Shown: positions 40,823 to 50,237 of the stretch, piece after piece
Layout: each line of letters starts with the position of its first letter
How positions within the stretch are numbered: the first letter of the stretch is position 1
Assembly: GCA_009886115.1 (NCBI GenBank)
Contig: VFJJ01000026.1
Coordinates: 1 to 64,000 of the forward strand
From: Actinomycetota bacterium
GTDB taxonomy: Bacteria; Actinomycetota; Acidimicrobiia; IMCC26256; VFJJ01
Length of the DNA: 64,000 nt
Reading direction: 5' to 3'
Notes under the pieces: model-generated
What the model was told of the DNA's origin: nothing
Seen by the model: only the letters and a program-made list of their open reading frames with translations
Database searches by the model: none
Translations under genes and position numbers: made by a program

Positions 40823-42304
40823 ATGGACGCGACCGTTCCCGATCACCGAGCCGACCGGTCGTTCGCGAGCCCGAGCGACGCCGAGCTGACGCGACTCGTG
40901 GCCGATCTGGGCGTCGCGCTCGGCCCCGACCGGGCCCGCAGCGATCCGCTCGAGCTGGCGCTGTACGCCCGTGACGCCGGCGTCGCCAGCGGCCGGGCCG
41001 CCGCGGTGTGCTTCCCTCGGACCACCGCCGAGGTCGCGGCCGCGGTTCAGACGGCCCGCCGTCACGGCCGCCCCTTCCTCGGCCGGGGCAGCGGTACCGG
41101 GCTCGCCGGAGGGGCCACGCCGGTCGACGATCCGGTCGTGATCGTCACCACCCAGATGAACCGGGTCCTCGAGGTCGACGTCGACGAGCGCTTCGCCTGG
41201 GTCGAGCCGGGCGTGCTCAACCTCGACCTCACCCGGGCCGTCGCCCATCTGGGACTGCACTACGCGCCCGATCCGTCGAGCCAGCAGGCGTGCTCGATCG
41301 GCGGCAACGTGGCCACCAACGCGGGCGGACCCCACTGCCTGTTGTATGGCACCACGCAGGCGCACGTGCTCGCGGCCGAGGTGGTCCTCCCCGACGGGAC
41401 CGTCACCGTGCTCGGAGGCTTGAGCCCCGATCAACCGGGCTACGACCTGCGGGGCGTGTTCGTCGGGAGCGAGGGCACGATGGGTATCGCCACCCGGATC
41501 GCCGTTCGCCTCATGCCCGATCCGCCGGCGTTGCGCACGTTGCTGCTCGACTTCACCGATGTCGACGCGGCCGCGGCCACCGTCTCGGGGATCATCGCCG
41601 ACGGGCTCGTCCCGGCCGCGCTGGAGATGATGGACGCCGACATCACCCGGATGGTCGAGGACTTCGTGGGCGCCGGCTACCCGCGCGATGCCGCAGCGGT
41701 GCTGCTCGTCGAGGTCGACGGGCTCACCCACGGCGTCGACGACGCCATCGAGATCATCCGGCGTGTCGGTACCGCGAACGGCGCCCGCACGGTGCGCGTC
41801 GCCGCCGATGCCACCGAACGCAACCTCCTGTGGAAGGGCCGCAAGTCGGCTTTCGGTGCCATCGCCCGCATCGCGCCCAACTACTACCTCCACGACACCG
41901 TGGTGCCCCGCACCCGTCTGGTCGAGGTGCTGCGCGGCGTCTACGCCATCGCCGACGAGCAGCGGATCAAGGTGCTCAACGTGTTCCACGCCGGCGACGG
42001 GAACCTGCACCCGTTGCTCGTGTTCGACGGGCGCGAGCCGGGCGTGATGGAGCGGGTGCACGCGGCCGGCGATGCGATCATCGAGTTGTCGCTGTCGGTC
42101 GGGGGGGTGCTCTCGGGCGAGCACGGCATCGGGCTGGAAAAGCGCGCCTACATGCGATCGCAGTTCTCGCCCGACGATCTGCACGTGCAGGCCGGGATGC
42201 GCGACGCATTCGACCCCGACGGGTTCTCCAATCCCCACAAGGTCCTCCCGGCCGGCAGCCGCTGTGGCGACGTGCAGTCGCTGCCCGAGGGGGTGTGGGT
42301 GTGA
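40823..42304 (+). CDS. glcD: glycolate oxidase-type FAD subunit
   Basis: RGSGTGLAGG, APDPSSQQACSIGGN, GSEGTMG, FHAGDGNLHP, SGEHGIG. Confidence 0.88.
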   Translation: MDATVPDHRADRSFASPSDAELTRLVADLGVALGPDRARSDPLELALYARDAGVASGRAAAVCFPRTTAEVAAAVQTARRHGRPFLGRGSGTGLAGGATPVDDPVVIVTTQMNRVLEVDVDERFAWVEPGVLNLDLTRAVAHLGLHYAPDPSSQQACSIGGNVATNAGGPHCLLYGTTQAHVLAAEVVLPDGTVTVLGGLSPDQPGYDLRGVFVGSEGTMGIATRIAVRLMPDPPALRTLLLDFTDVDAAAATVSGIIADGLVPAALEMMDADITRMVEDFVGAGYPRDAAAVLLVEVDGLTHGVDDAIEIIRRVGTANGARTVRVAADATERNLLWKGRKSAFGAIARIAPNYYLHDTVVPRTRLVEVLRGVYAIADEQRIKVLNVFHAGDGNLHPLLVFDGREPGVMERVHAAGDAIIELSLSVGGVLSGEHGIGLEKRAYMRSQFSPDDLHVQAGMRDAFDPDGFSNPHKVLPAGSRCGDVQSLPEGVWV

Positions 42305-43461
42305 CACGGGTCGGGGCCGTCGCCCCCGCCCTGTCGGCGGCCGAGGTCGCCGAGCGGGCGCGCGAGATCGCGGCGTCGATCGGGAGCTCGCACGGCCCGG
42401 TCGTCGCCGTGGGGGCACAGACGCACTGGGAGGTGGGCGGTCCGGTCCCCGATCTCGAAGAGGCGCTCGTGGTTCGCGCTCCCAGCGGCATCGTGGCGTA
42501 CGACCCCGCCGAGCTCACGATCACCTGTGGCGCAGGGACGCCCGTCGCCATGCTCGACGCGACGCTGGCCGAAGCGGGCCAGGAGTGCCCGCTCGACCCG
42601 GCCGATCCCGCTGCCACGGTCGGGGGCGTGCTGATGGCCGGGCTCTCGGGTCGGCGTCGGCTGCGGTGGGGACCCCTGCGCGAGCGTCTGCTCGAAGCCC
42701 GGTTCGTCACCGGAGACGGCCGGATCGTCAAGGGCGGAGGGCCCACGGTCAAGAACGTGACCGGCTTCGACGTCTGCCGGCTCCTGGTCGGATCGCTCGG
42801 GACCCTCGGGGTCGCCGTCCAGGTCACGCTGCGGTGCCAGCCCCGCCAATCGGTCGCGCTGTGGACGGTCGGTCCGACCGGCGTGAGTGCAGCCGACGTG
42901 CGCCGCCGGCTCTTCAACCCGTCGTGCGTGGCCAGCGACACCCAGGGTGTGCACGTGCTCTTCGAAGGTCACGCCGACGACATCGACGCGGAGCTCGCGG
43001 TGTCGGGGTGCACGCCCGTGGTGGCCGGGCCGATCGGGCCGCAGGGGCCCTGGCGGGGACGGATCTCCGTTCCGGTCACGGCATTGCGGGCCGTCGTCGA
43101 CGGACTCGACGGACTCGACGGACTCGACGGGCTCGGCGCGCTCGCAACGTCGATGGTTCCCGCCGCCGGCGACGGAGTGACCGTCGCCTGGCTCGCCGAG
43201 TGGGGAGTGGGGACCGTGCACGTGGCGTCGCTGTCGGCCGAGGGGCTCCTGGCGGCCCGGGCGCTGGCCCAGGCCCACGGCGGTTGGCTCCTACGGGAGG
43301 CTGGACGCCTGGGTCCCGCCGGCCCGGATGGCGCGGGCCCCTCCGGCGTGGGCCTCGACGACGGGTTCGGCGTGGGCCTGCCCGATCCGCAGATCCAGCG
43401 CCGGCTCAAGATGGCGTTCGATCCGGCCGGTCGCCTCAACCCGGGAAGGATCCCGCTGTGA
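42301..43461 (+). CDS. glcE: glycolate oxidase-type FAD-binding subunit
   Basis: ATVGG, GGPTVKNVTGFD, GSLGTLG, LKMAFDPAGRLNPG. GTGA overlap with glcD. Confidence 0.82.
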   Translation: MTRVGAVAPALSAAEVAERAREIAASIGSSHGPVVAVGAQTHWEVGGPVPDLEEALVVRAPSGIVAYDPAELTITCGAGTPVAMLDATLAEAGQECPLDPADPAATVGGVLMAGLSGRRRLRWGPLRERLLEARFVTGDGRIVKGGGPTVKNVTGFDVCRLLVGSLGTLGVAVQVTLRCQPRQSVALWTVGPTGVSAADVRRRLFNPSCVASDTQGVHVLFEGHADDIDAELAVSGCTPVVAGPIGPQGPWRGRISVPVTALRAVVDGLDGLDGLDGLGALATSMVPAAGDGVTVAWLAEWGVGTVHVASLSAEGLLAARALAQAHGGWLLREAGRLGPAGPDGAGPSGVGLDDGFGVGLPDPQIQRRLKMAFDPAGRLNPGRIPL

Positions 43462-44837
43462 CCGCCCTCGACTCGGTGCCCACGACACAACGTCCGATGG
43501 GCGTTGCTCCCCAGGGCCCCCTCGACATCTCCGACGACGACCTCGTCTCGTGCGTGGCGTGCGGGCTGTGCCTACCGCACTGTCCCACGTACCGCGTGAC
43601 GGGTCTGGAGACATCGTCGCCCCGGGGGCGGATCGCGGCCATGCGGGCGGTCCAGTTCGGCGGAGCGCCCATCGACACCGTGTTCGAGCGGTACATGGAG
43701 GAATGCATCCAGTGCCGGGGTTGCGAGGCGGCGTGCCCATCCCAGGTTCCCTACGGGCGCCTCATCGAGGGCGCGCGCCAGGCCCTCCACGAGCGCCGGT
43801 CCCACGACCGACGACGCCGCCGCCGACTGGCCGAGTGGCTGGGATACACGGTGATCCTGCCCCGGCACCGGCTCGTGATCGCCGCGACGTGGCTCCTGGG
43901 GTTGGGTCAACGGCTGCGCCTGGTGCCGCGGCGGCTCGTGCCCCGGGGCGTCGCCCTACCTCTGGTGTCGCTGACCGAGCTCCGGCACCCGTTGCAGCCC
44001 ACGGCGCCCACGGCGCCGTCCGGCGCGTCATCGGGTGGCCCCTCGACGGGGAACCCCACCAACGCCTTTGACGCAGTGCTGTTCACGGGCTGCGTGATGG
44101 ACGCCTGGCAGCGGGGGACGCACCGGTCGGCGATCACCGTGATGGAATCCACCGGCGCCATGGTGGGCCTCCCGGGACCGGGCGGCGACTGCTGCGGCGC
44201 CCTGCACGTGCACGCCGGCCGCACGGCCGAAGCCCGCCGTCTCGCGGAGCGGGTGATCGCCTCGATGCCCGGGGATGCCCCGATCGTGGTCGACTCGGCC
44301 GGATGCGGCGCCGCGCTGAAAGACTACGGGCACCTCCTCGGCAGCCCCGAGGCCCGGGCGTTCTCCGAGCGCGTGCACGACTTCGCCGAGTGGCTTGCGC
44401 CGCGGGTCGATCGGCTGGCGGTGCGCGACACCCACGAGCGGGTGGTGGTGGCCGATCCATGCCATCTCCGCCACGTGCAGCGCCAGACGACCCCGGTGCG
44501 GTCGATCCTGGCGGCCAGCCATCGCACGGTCGACACCGACGACGACGGCCTGTGCTGCGGTGCTGGCGGGGCCTACAACGCGCTCCAGCCCGACCTGGCC
44601 CTGGCCGCCCGGGAGCGCAAGATCGCGGCCCTGCAACGGGCGGCCGGCGGGGCGGCGCTCACCGACTTCAGGGTCGTCTCGGCCAACCCCGGTTGCCTCA
44701 TGCACCTGATGGCGGCCGGTGTCCGGGCCGTGCACCCGGCCGATCTCCTCGCCGAGGCGCTCGACCCCGAGCATCCGCGCTGGCCCCGTGACGCCATCCG
44801 GCCCGAGCCGTCTCGTCACCCGGGGAGCACACCATGA
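43458..44837 (+). CDS. glcF: glycolate oxidase-type Fe-S subunit
   Basis: CVACGLCLPHCP, CIQCRGCEAACP, two CCG motifs, SANPGC. Confidence 0.88.
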   Translation: MTALDSVPTTQRPMGVAPQGPLDISDDDLVSCVACGLCLPHCPTYRVTGLETSSPRGRIAAMRAVQFGGAPIDTVFERYMEECIQCRGCEAACPSQVPYGRLIEGARQALHERRSHDRRRRRRLAEWLGYTVILPRHRLVIAATWLLGLGQRLRLVPRRLVPRGVALPLVSLTELRHPLQPTAPTAPSGASSGGPSTGNPTNAFDAVLFTGCVMDAWQRGTHRSAITVMESTGAMVGLPGPGGDCCGALHVHAGRTAEARRLAERVIASMPGDAPIVVDSAGCGAALKDYGHLLGSPEARAFSERVHDFAEWLAPRVDRLAVRDTHERVVVADPCHLRHVQRQTTPVRSILAASHRTVDTDDDGLCCGAGGAYNALQPDLALAARERKIAALQRAAGGAALTDFRVVSANPGCLMHLMAAGVRAVHPADLLAEALDPEHPRWPRDAIRPEPSRHPGSTP

Positions 44838-45055
44838 ACGAACGCCACGCCGAGCTGATCGGCCGCCTCGAAGCCGTTGAGTCCGAGATCGGCGACCTCA
44901 TCTACGGGCTGCTGCGTGATGCCGTGTCGAGGGGTGAGGCCAAGCGCCCCGCCGAGGAGCGCCGGTTGACCCAGGCCCGCAACGCCATCACCAAGGCCAT
45001 CCGCCTGCTGTCGGTCGACGACGGCAATTCGGGCCCGGCGGGAGACCACGAGTGA
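44834..45055 (+). CDS. small helical hypothetical protein
   Basis: 73 aa, translationally coupled at both ends (ATGA/GTGA overlaps), GGAG RBS. Confidence 0.7.
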   Translation: MNERHAELIGRLEAVESEIGDLIYGLLRDAVSRGEAKRPAEERRLTQARNAITKAIRLLSVDDGNSGPAGDHE

Positions 45056-45747
45056 ACCGGCGCGCCGGTCTCGCCGGGAACGCCTACTTCGTAGAACCCA
45101 AGGGAGGTAAGGGCCCTGGGGTTCTGTTGCTGCACGGCTGGTGGGGGCTCACCGACTTCTTCCGCGGCGTCGCCCATCGACTCGCCGACGAGGGCTACAG
45201 CGTGCTCGCCCCCGATCTCCACGGTGGGCTCACTGCTGACACGCCCGACGAGGCCGAGGAGATCCTCGCCGATGCCGACGTGAACGAGGTGGCGGCGCTG
45301 GTGCTGTCATCGGTCCACACGCTGCGGGCGTTGTCCCGAAGCAACGCCGACTCCGTCGCCGTCATCGGCTTTTCGATGGGCGCATCATGGGCATTTTGGC
45401 TCGCCGCCCGGGCGCCCCAGGCGGTACGGGCCGTCGTGGGCTTCTACGGCGCCCAGTCGCTCGCTCTCGACGATTCGGCCGAAGAGACGGCCTTCCTCGG
45501 CCACTTCGCCGAGCACGACGAGCTGGTCAGCCCGGACGAGGTCGCCGAGTTGCTCGCCCATCTGCGCCTCCTCGGACGGCCCACCACCTTCCATCGCTAC
45601 CCGGGCACGGCCCACTGGTTCTTCGAGGCCGATCGACCGCCGGCCTACGACCCCGAGGCGGCGACGCTGGCCTGGGACCGGACGATCGCCTTCCTGCGGG
45701 AGCGGATGCCCGAGCCCACGGCACCGGGTTCCCCCGCAGACGCCTGA
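45052..45747 (+). CDS. dienelactone hydrolase family protein (Ser nucleophile)
   Basis: LHGWWGL, GFSMG, YPGTAHWF, AWDRT. Confidence 0.85.
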   Translation: MNRRAGLAGNAYFVEPKGGKGPGVLLLHGWWGLTDFFRGVAHRLADEGYSVLAPDLHGGLTADTPDEAEEILADADVNEVAALVLSSVHTLRALSRSNADSVAVIGFSMGASWAFWLAARAPQAVRAVVGFYGAQSLALDDSAEETAFLGHFAEHDELVSPDEVAELLAHLRLLGRPTTFHRYPGTAHWFFEADRPPAYDPEAATLAWDRTIAFLRERMPEPTAPGSPADA

Positions 45748-46892
45748 TGGATCATCGACGCCACACCGGGGTCGCTCGCGGCCGCGGGCGCGCTCCGTCG
45801 CAGTCCATCGCGGCGACCATCGTGATCGGCGTCGTGCTCGCGGCGTCGGTGGCTGCGAGCTGCTCGACCGGTTCCGATGGTGCGAGCACCGGCCCGTCGG
45901 CGACGACGGGGAGCGACCCGGCCGCGGGGTCTTCTTCGTCGCCCGGGTCGACGACGACGAGCCGACCCGACCCGTACTCCGCGTGCTCGTTCGTCGACCG
46001 GGAGGCTGCCGAGCTGGCATACGTCGCGGGCCTTCCGTTCGACGATCGCACCGTCTCGGCCGAGCCACCGGTTCCCGTCGATGCCGCCGAGGCGGTTGCA
46101 GCGGCGTCGGCCGTCGTCGACGGCACCTGCGAGCTGGCGATCTTCGAGGGCGGGGGGCTCACCACCGCGGCGGTGGAGGTGGCGCGGGCCCGATCCGATG
46201 CCTCCATCGTGGTCGTCGACCTCCTCGGCGAGCATGTCGACGCCGCCCTGCCGAGCAACCTCGTGGTGATCGACGTGCGCCTCGATCAGGTGGCGTTCCT
46301 GGCCGGATTCGTCGCCGCCGGGATGGCCCCTCGTGGCACGGTCACCGTCGGGAACGGATCGTCCGACGCCGAGGACCCGGCGATCCCCGACGGGCTCGAG
46401 CCTCTCGCCGATGCGTTCGCTTCCGGTGTGCGCTATCGGGTGGGTGTCTCGGGACTCCCGACGACCATCGGCGAAGGCGGATCGGTGCGGCTGGTTCTCG
46501 ATCCGGCGGAGCTGACCGACCCCGAGTCGACGCTCGCTCGGGCCCGGGCCACGGGAACCCTGGTCGTGTGGCCAGCGGGCGACCTCTGCGCTGCCGTGGC
46601 GTCCACCTGCGACCTGGCGCTCACCGGTCTCGTCGCCGACTTGGGCCCCGCGCTGGCGGAGCTGGCAGATCGGGCGGTAGGAGGCGCGTTCATCGGCGGG
46701 CGGCGCATCGCCGTCGACCTGGCGAGCGGACAGGCCCGGTTGGCGCCCTTCCACGACCTCGAGCCCCGCCTCGGCCCGGCATTGCCGCTCGAGGCGGCGG
46801 CGTTGGCCGTGTACATCATCGACGGCGAGGTGCGGGTGGCGCCTCGCGACCTGCCAGCGTCGGCTGGTCGCGCATCCGACGGCCGCGGCTGA
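45747..46892 (+). CDS. divergent BMP-family-like lipoprotein
   Basis: Lipobox-like VAASC, Ser/Thr linker, DQVAFLAGFVAA, AFASGVRY, LAPFHDL. Confidence 0.55.
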   Translation: MDHRRHTGVARGRGRAPSQSIAATIVIGVVLAASVAASCSTGSDGASTGPSATTGSDPAAGSSSSPGSTTTSRPDPYSACSFVDREAAELAYVAGLPFDDRTVSAEPPVPVDAAEAVAAASAVVDGTCELAIFEGGGLTTAAVEVARARSDASIVVVDLLGEHVDAALPSNLVVIDVRLDQVAFLAGFVAAGMAPRGTVTVGNGSSDAEDPAIPDGLEPLADAFASGVRYRVGVSGLPTTIGEGGSVRLVLDPAELTDPESTLARARATGTLVVWPAGDLCAAVASTCDLALTGLVADLGPALAELADRAVGGAFIGGRRIAVDLASGQARLAPFHDLEPRLGPALPLEAAALAVYIIDGEVRVAPRDLPASAGRASDGRG

Positions 46893-47205
46893 CGGCCACC
46901 CGGCCATTCACGACCCGAACCCCTTCGCCGACGAGCCGTTGCGTGTGCTCGGCTTCGTGGCCGGGCACGAGTCGGCCCGATGCGTTCACCACCCGCCACC
47001 ACGGCCACTGGCCGCCGCTGTGCGCGAGGAGCCGTCCGACGGCACGGGCCGCTCCCGGAAAGCCGGCCTCGGCTGCAACCTCGCCGTAGGTCACGACATC
47101 GCCGGGAACCGTCGCCAGCAAGACCGCCTCGACCGCATCACGCAGCGAGGGCGTCGGTCCCCCGGGCCCGGGAGCGGGCCCCGGTGTGGTCATCGGTGGG
47201 GTCAT
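46816..47205 (-). CDS. alkyltransferase-like protein (ATL/YbaZ, MGMT family)
   Basis: VVTYGEVA..GAARAVG..PWWRVV: Trp in place of the catalytic Cys of PCHR. Confidence 0.85.
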   Translation of the reverse strand: MTPPMTTPGPAPGPGGPTPSLRDAVEAVLLATVPGDVVTYGEVAAEAGFPGAARAVGRLLAHSGGQWPWWRVVNASGRLVPGHEAEHTQRLVGEGVRVVNGRVAVSRGRRMRDQPTLAGREAPPAPRRR

Positions 47206-47215
47206 CGGCCGTTAC

Positions 47216-47279
47216 GTTCGATCCGTCAAATCAGTTCGTTCCGTTAAATCAGTTCAATCTGTTGAATCAGTTCGATCTG
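47216..47279. repeat. AT-rich 18-bp tandem repeat, about 3.5 copies
   Basis: gttcgatccgtcaaatca / gttcgttccgttaaatca / gttcaatctgttgaatca / gttcgatctg. Confidence 0.85.
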
Positions 47280-47332
47280 CCTGGTTCCGTTGTCGTTCAG
47301 GCGGCGCTGGCAGCGCACCCAACGGAGACCGC

Positions 47333-47962
47333 TCAGGCCCGACCGAAGAGACGATCGCCGGCGTCGCCCAGGCCCGGCACGATGAACGCCCGCTCGTCGA
47401 GCTTCTCGTCGATCGCCGCGGTGAAGATCCGGGCCTCCGGGAACGCCCGCTCGACCCGGTCGATCCCGTCGGGGGAGGCGATCATGCACACGATGATCAT
47501 GCGACTCGCCCCCCGGCGCTGCAGCATCTCGAGCGTGGCCACCATCGAGCCGCCGGTGGCCAGCATGGGGTCGATCACGATCACCGCCCGGTCGGTGAGA
47601 TCCTCGGGCAGCTTCTCGCAGTAGAGCGCAGGCTCGAACGTGGCCTCGTCGCGCCGGAGCCCGACCACGCCGACCTCGGCAGCCGGCAGCGCCGTGAGGA
47701 CCCCGTCGAGCAGACCCAGCCCGGCTCGCAGGATCGGCACGACGAGCGGCCCGGGCTCGGCGAGACGGGCTCCCGCAGCCGGGAGGCCGAGCGGGGTCGT
47801 CACCTCGACCTCCTCGGTGACGAAGTCGCGCGTGGCCTCGTAGCACAGGAACAGCGCCAGTTCGCGCACGAGGCCGCGGAAGGTGGCCGGGTCGGTGCGC
47901 TCGTCGCGGATGCGTACGAGGCGGTGGGCGACGAGGGGATGGTCGACGACGGTCACCGACAT
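47333..47962 (-). CDS. upp: uracil phosphoribosyltransferase
   Basis: VPILRAGLG, DPMLATGGS, IVPGLGDAGDRLFG. Confidence 0.97.
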   Translation of the reverse strand: MSVTVVDHPLVAHRLVRIRDERTDPATFRGLVRELALFLCYEATRDFVTEEVEVTTPLGLPAAGARLAEPGPLVVPILRAGLGLLDGVLTALPAAEVGVVGLRRDEATFEPALYCEKLPEDLTDRAVIVIDPMLATGGSMVATLEMLQRRGASRMIIVCMIASPDGIDRVERAFPEARIFTAAIDEKLDERAFIVPGLGDAGDRLFGRA

Positions 47963-48016
47963 GCTGGCTCCTGGTCCTTGAACACCGAGCTACCGACGTA
48001 GCTCGATCGCTGATGC

Positions 48017-48095
48017 CTGAATCGCTCTCTGAATCGCTGTCTGAATCGCTGTCTGGATCGCTGTCTGGATCGCTGTCTGGATCGCTGTCTGGATC
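48017..48095. repeat. 12-bp tandem repeat, about 6.5 copies
   Basis: Unit ctg(a/g)atcgctgt. The first three units carry A and the remainder carry G. Confidence 0.92.
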
Positions 48096-48240
48096 ACGTC
48101 GCCCATGTCGACGGGTGCACGTGCAACGATCTTGGCATGATCCCCGAGTCGAGGCCCCAGCCACAACCGCGACCATCGGCTTCGCACCAGCGCCCGGCCG
48201 CGCCGTCACGTAGGGCGGGTTCCCCCGAGCTCGGCCGCCG

Positions 48241-49164
48241 ATGACCGACGCGCCGTTGATCCTCACCGTCGGCGACCTCGTCGAGGACGTCGTCGTACGC
48301 ATCGACGGTCCCGTCGAGCCCGCGGCCGACACGGCGGTCTCGATCAGCCGTCATCGGGGCGGCAGCGCCGCGAACGTCGCCGTGGCCGTCGTGCGCGCCG
48401 GCGGACGAGCGCGTTTCGTCGGTCGCATCGGTCCCGACGTCCGGGGGAGCGCGCTCGTCGACGCGCTGCGCGACGAGGGCGTGGAAACGATCTGCGAGAC
48501 GGGTCCCGACGATGGCCCGTCGACGGGGACGATCGTCGTGATCGTCGACGGTGCGGCCGAGCGGTCGTTCCTCACCGATCGCGGCGCCTGCGTCGACCTC
48601 GGCGGACCCGACCCGGCCTGGCTCGACGGTGTCGATGCCGTGCACCTCCCCGCGTACTCCTTCTCGGGCGGGCGAATCGCAGCGACCAGCCGGCGCCTCT
48701 GCGAGCTCGCGCTCGAGCGGGGGCTGCCGGTGAGCGTCGACGCATCCTCGACGAGCGTGCTGCGAGATCTCGGCCCGGGACCCTTCTGGGCGGCGCTCAC
48801 CGAGCTCGGCGTGGGCATCCTGTTTGCCAACGAGGCCGAGGCCCATGTGCTGTCGGCGGTCGAGGGTTGGCCCGACAACGGCGCGATGCTGGTCGTCGTG
48901 AAGCACGGAGCCGCACCCACGATCGTGCATCGCCCCGGCCTCGGCCTCGTGGCGATCGCCGTCCCGACCATCGACACGGTGCTCGACACCACCGGCGCGG
49001 GCGACGCCTTCGCTGCCGGGTTCCTTCTCGCCACCTTCAGAGGCCATGGACCCGTCGATGCGGCCGAGGCGGCGCACGGGCACGCCTCCAGGGTCGTCAC
49101 GGCGCTCGGGGCCGGGGGTCCCGAACGCACCGGCCTCATGGCGCGAGCCCGGCGACTGCGATGA
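48241..49164 (+). CDS. PfkB-family kinase, probable pseudouridine kinase
   Basis: GGSAANVA, ANEAE, DTTGAGDAF. ATGA-coupled to psuG. Confidence 0.8.
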   Translation: MTDAPLILTVGDLVEDVVVRIDGPVEPAADTAVSISRHRGGSAANVAVAVVRAGGRARFVGRIGPDVRGSALVDALRDEGVETICETGPDDGPSTGTIVVIVDGAAERSFLTDRGACVDLGGPDPAWLDGVDAVHLPAYSFSGGRIAATSRRLCELALERGLPVSVDASSTSVLRDLGPGPFWAALTELGVGILFANEAEAHVLSAVEGWPDNGAMLVVVKHGAAPTIVHRPGLGLVAIAVPTIDTVLDTTGAGDAFAAGFLLATFRGHGPVDAAEAAHGHASRVVTALGAGGPERTGLMARARRLR

Positions 49165-50084
49165 GGACGATCCACATCTCCGACGAGGTCACCGACGCGC
49201 TGGGCGACGGTCGAGCCGTGGTGGCGCTCGAGTCGACGATCTTCAGCAGCCTCGGGCTGCCGGCGCCCCACAACGAGGATGCGCTCCGGCGCTGCGACGC
49301 AGCCGTGCGGGCCCGTGGCGCGGTGCCCGCGATGGTGGCCGTGCTCGACGGGGTCGCCCGGATCGGCCTCGACGGCACCGACGGAACCGATGTCGGACGG
49401 GTCCTGGCCGGCACCCACAAGCTCGCCGAACGTGACCTCCCCTGGGCGGTCGGCACCGGACTGGCCGTCGGTGTGACCACGGTGTCGGCGACGGTCGCCC
49501 TGGCCGCCGGCGCCGGCATCGCCGTGTTCGCCACCGGAGGGATCGGCGGTGTGCACCGCGGCGCCGAGCACAGCTTCGACGTGAGCTCCGACCTCACCGC
49601 CCTGGCCCGGCATCCCGTCACCACCGTGTGCGCCGGGGCCAAGGGGTTTCTCGATCTCCCCAAGACCCTCGAGTACCTCGAGACGCTCGGGGTGCCCGTG
49701 CTGGGCCTCGCCACCGACGAGTTCCCGGCGTTCTGGTGCCGAACGAGCGGGCTGCGCGTCCCGCACCGGGTGGAGGGCCCGGGCGCCATCGCCCAGATCG
49801 TGCGTGCGGCTCGCGCGCTCGGAGCCGTCAACGGCATCCTGGTCGTGAACCCGTGCCCCGAGGATGCGGCCCTGGCACGCGACACGATCGAGCCGGCGAT
49901 CGAGGACGCCCTGGCGGCGGCGGCGTCGTCCGGCATCACCGGCGGTGCGGTCACGCCGTTCGTCCTGAGCCACCTCGCCGATGCGACCGGCGGCCGCACG
50001 CTGCCGGCCAACCTGGCCCTCGCCGAGCACAACGCCAGTGTCGCCGCCCGGATCGCCGTGGCCCTCTCGGCGGCGTCGCGCTGA
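49161..50084 (+). CDS. psuG: pseudouridine-5'-phosphate glycosidase
   Basis: VVALESTI, TTVSAT, FATGGIGGVHRG, DVSSDL, CAGAK, TLEYLET, VTPFVL. Confidence 0.93.
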   Translation: MRTIHISDEVTDALGDGRAVVALESTIFSSLGLPAPHNEDALRRCDAAVRARGAVPAMVAVLDGVARIGLDGTDGTDVGRVLAGTHKLAERDLPWAVGTGLAVGVTTVSATVALAAGAGIAVFATGGIGGVHRGAEHSFDVSSDLTALARHPVTTVCAGAKGFLDLPKTLEYLETLGVPVLGLATDEFPAFWCRTSGLRVPHRVEGPGAIAQIVRAARALGAVNGILVVNPCPEDAALARDTIEPAIEDALAAAASSGITGGAVTPFVLSHLADATGGRTLPANLALAEHNASVAARIAVALSAASR

Positions 50085-50237
50085 GCCGACACAACGAGAT
50101 CGCAAGAACAACGGGTCATCGGCCAGGCCCGTCCGGGACCTCCGTCCCTGGTCCGAGTCCGTACCCGGCGGTAGCATCGCGTCCGAGAGCACTGCCCGAC
50201 TGGGGACCCGGTCGGAACAACAGAACAAGGGGATCAC

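Noticed and set aside
41008..44837. 817-aa and 921-aa ORFs as giant fusion proteins
   Set aside because: The N-terminal halves are Arg/Gly-rich off-frame read-through. The real GlcE and GlcF starts are the coupled GTGs at 42301 and 43458.
47216..48095. Tandem repeats as CRISPR arrays
   Set aside because: Units are 12 and 18 bp, contiguous, without unique spacers, and no cas genes are present.
48013..48213. Small ORFs across the 12-bp repeat (SLSG, TAIQ or DSDP repeats)
   Set aside because: The frames are open only because the repeat lacks stops, and there is no RBS or coding signal.
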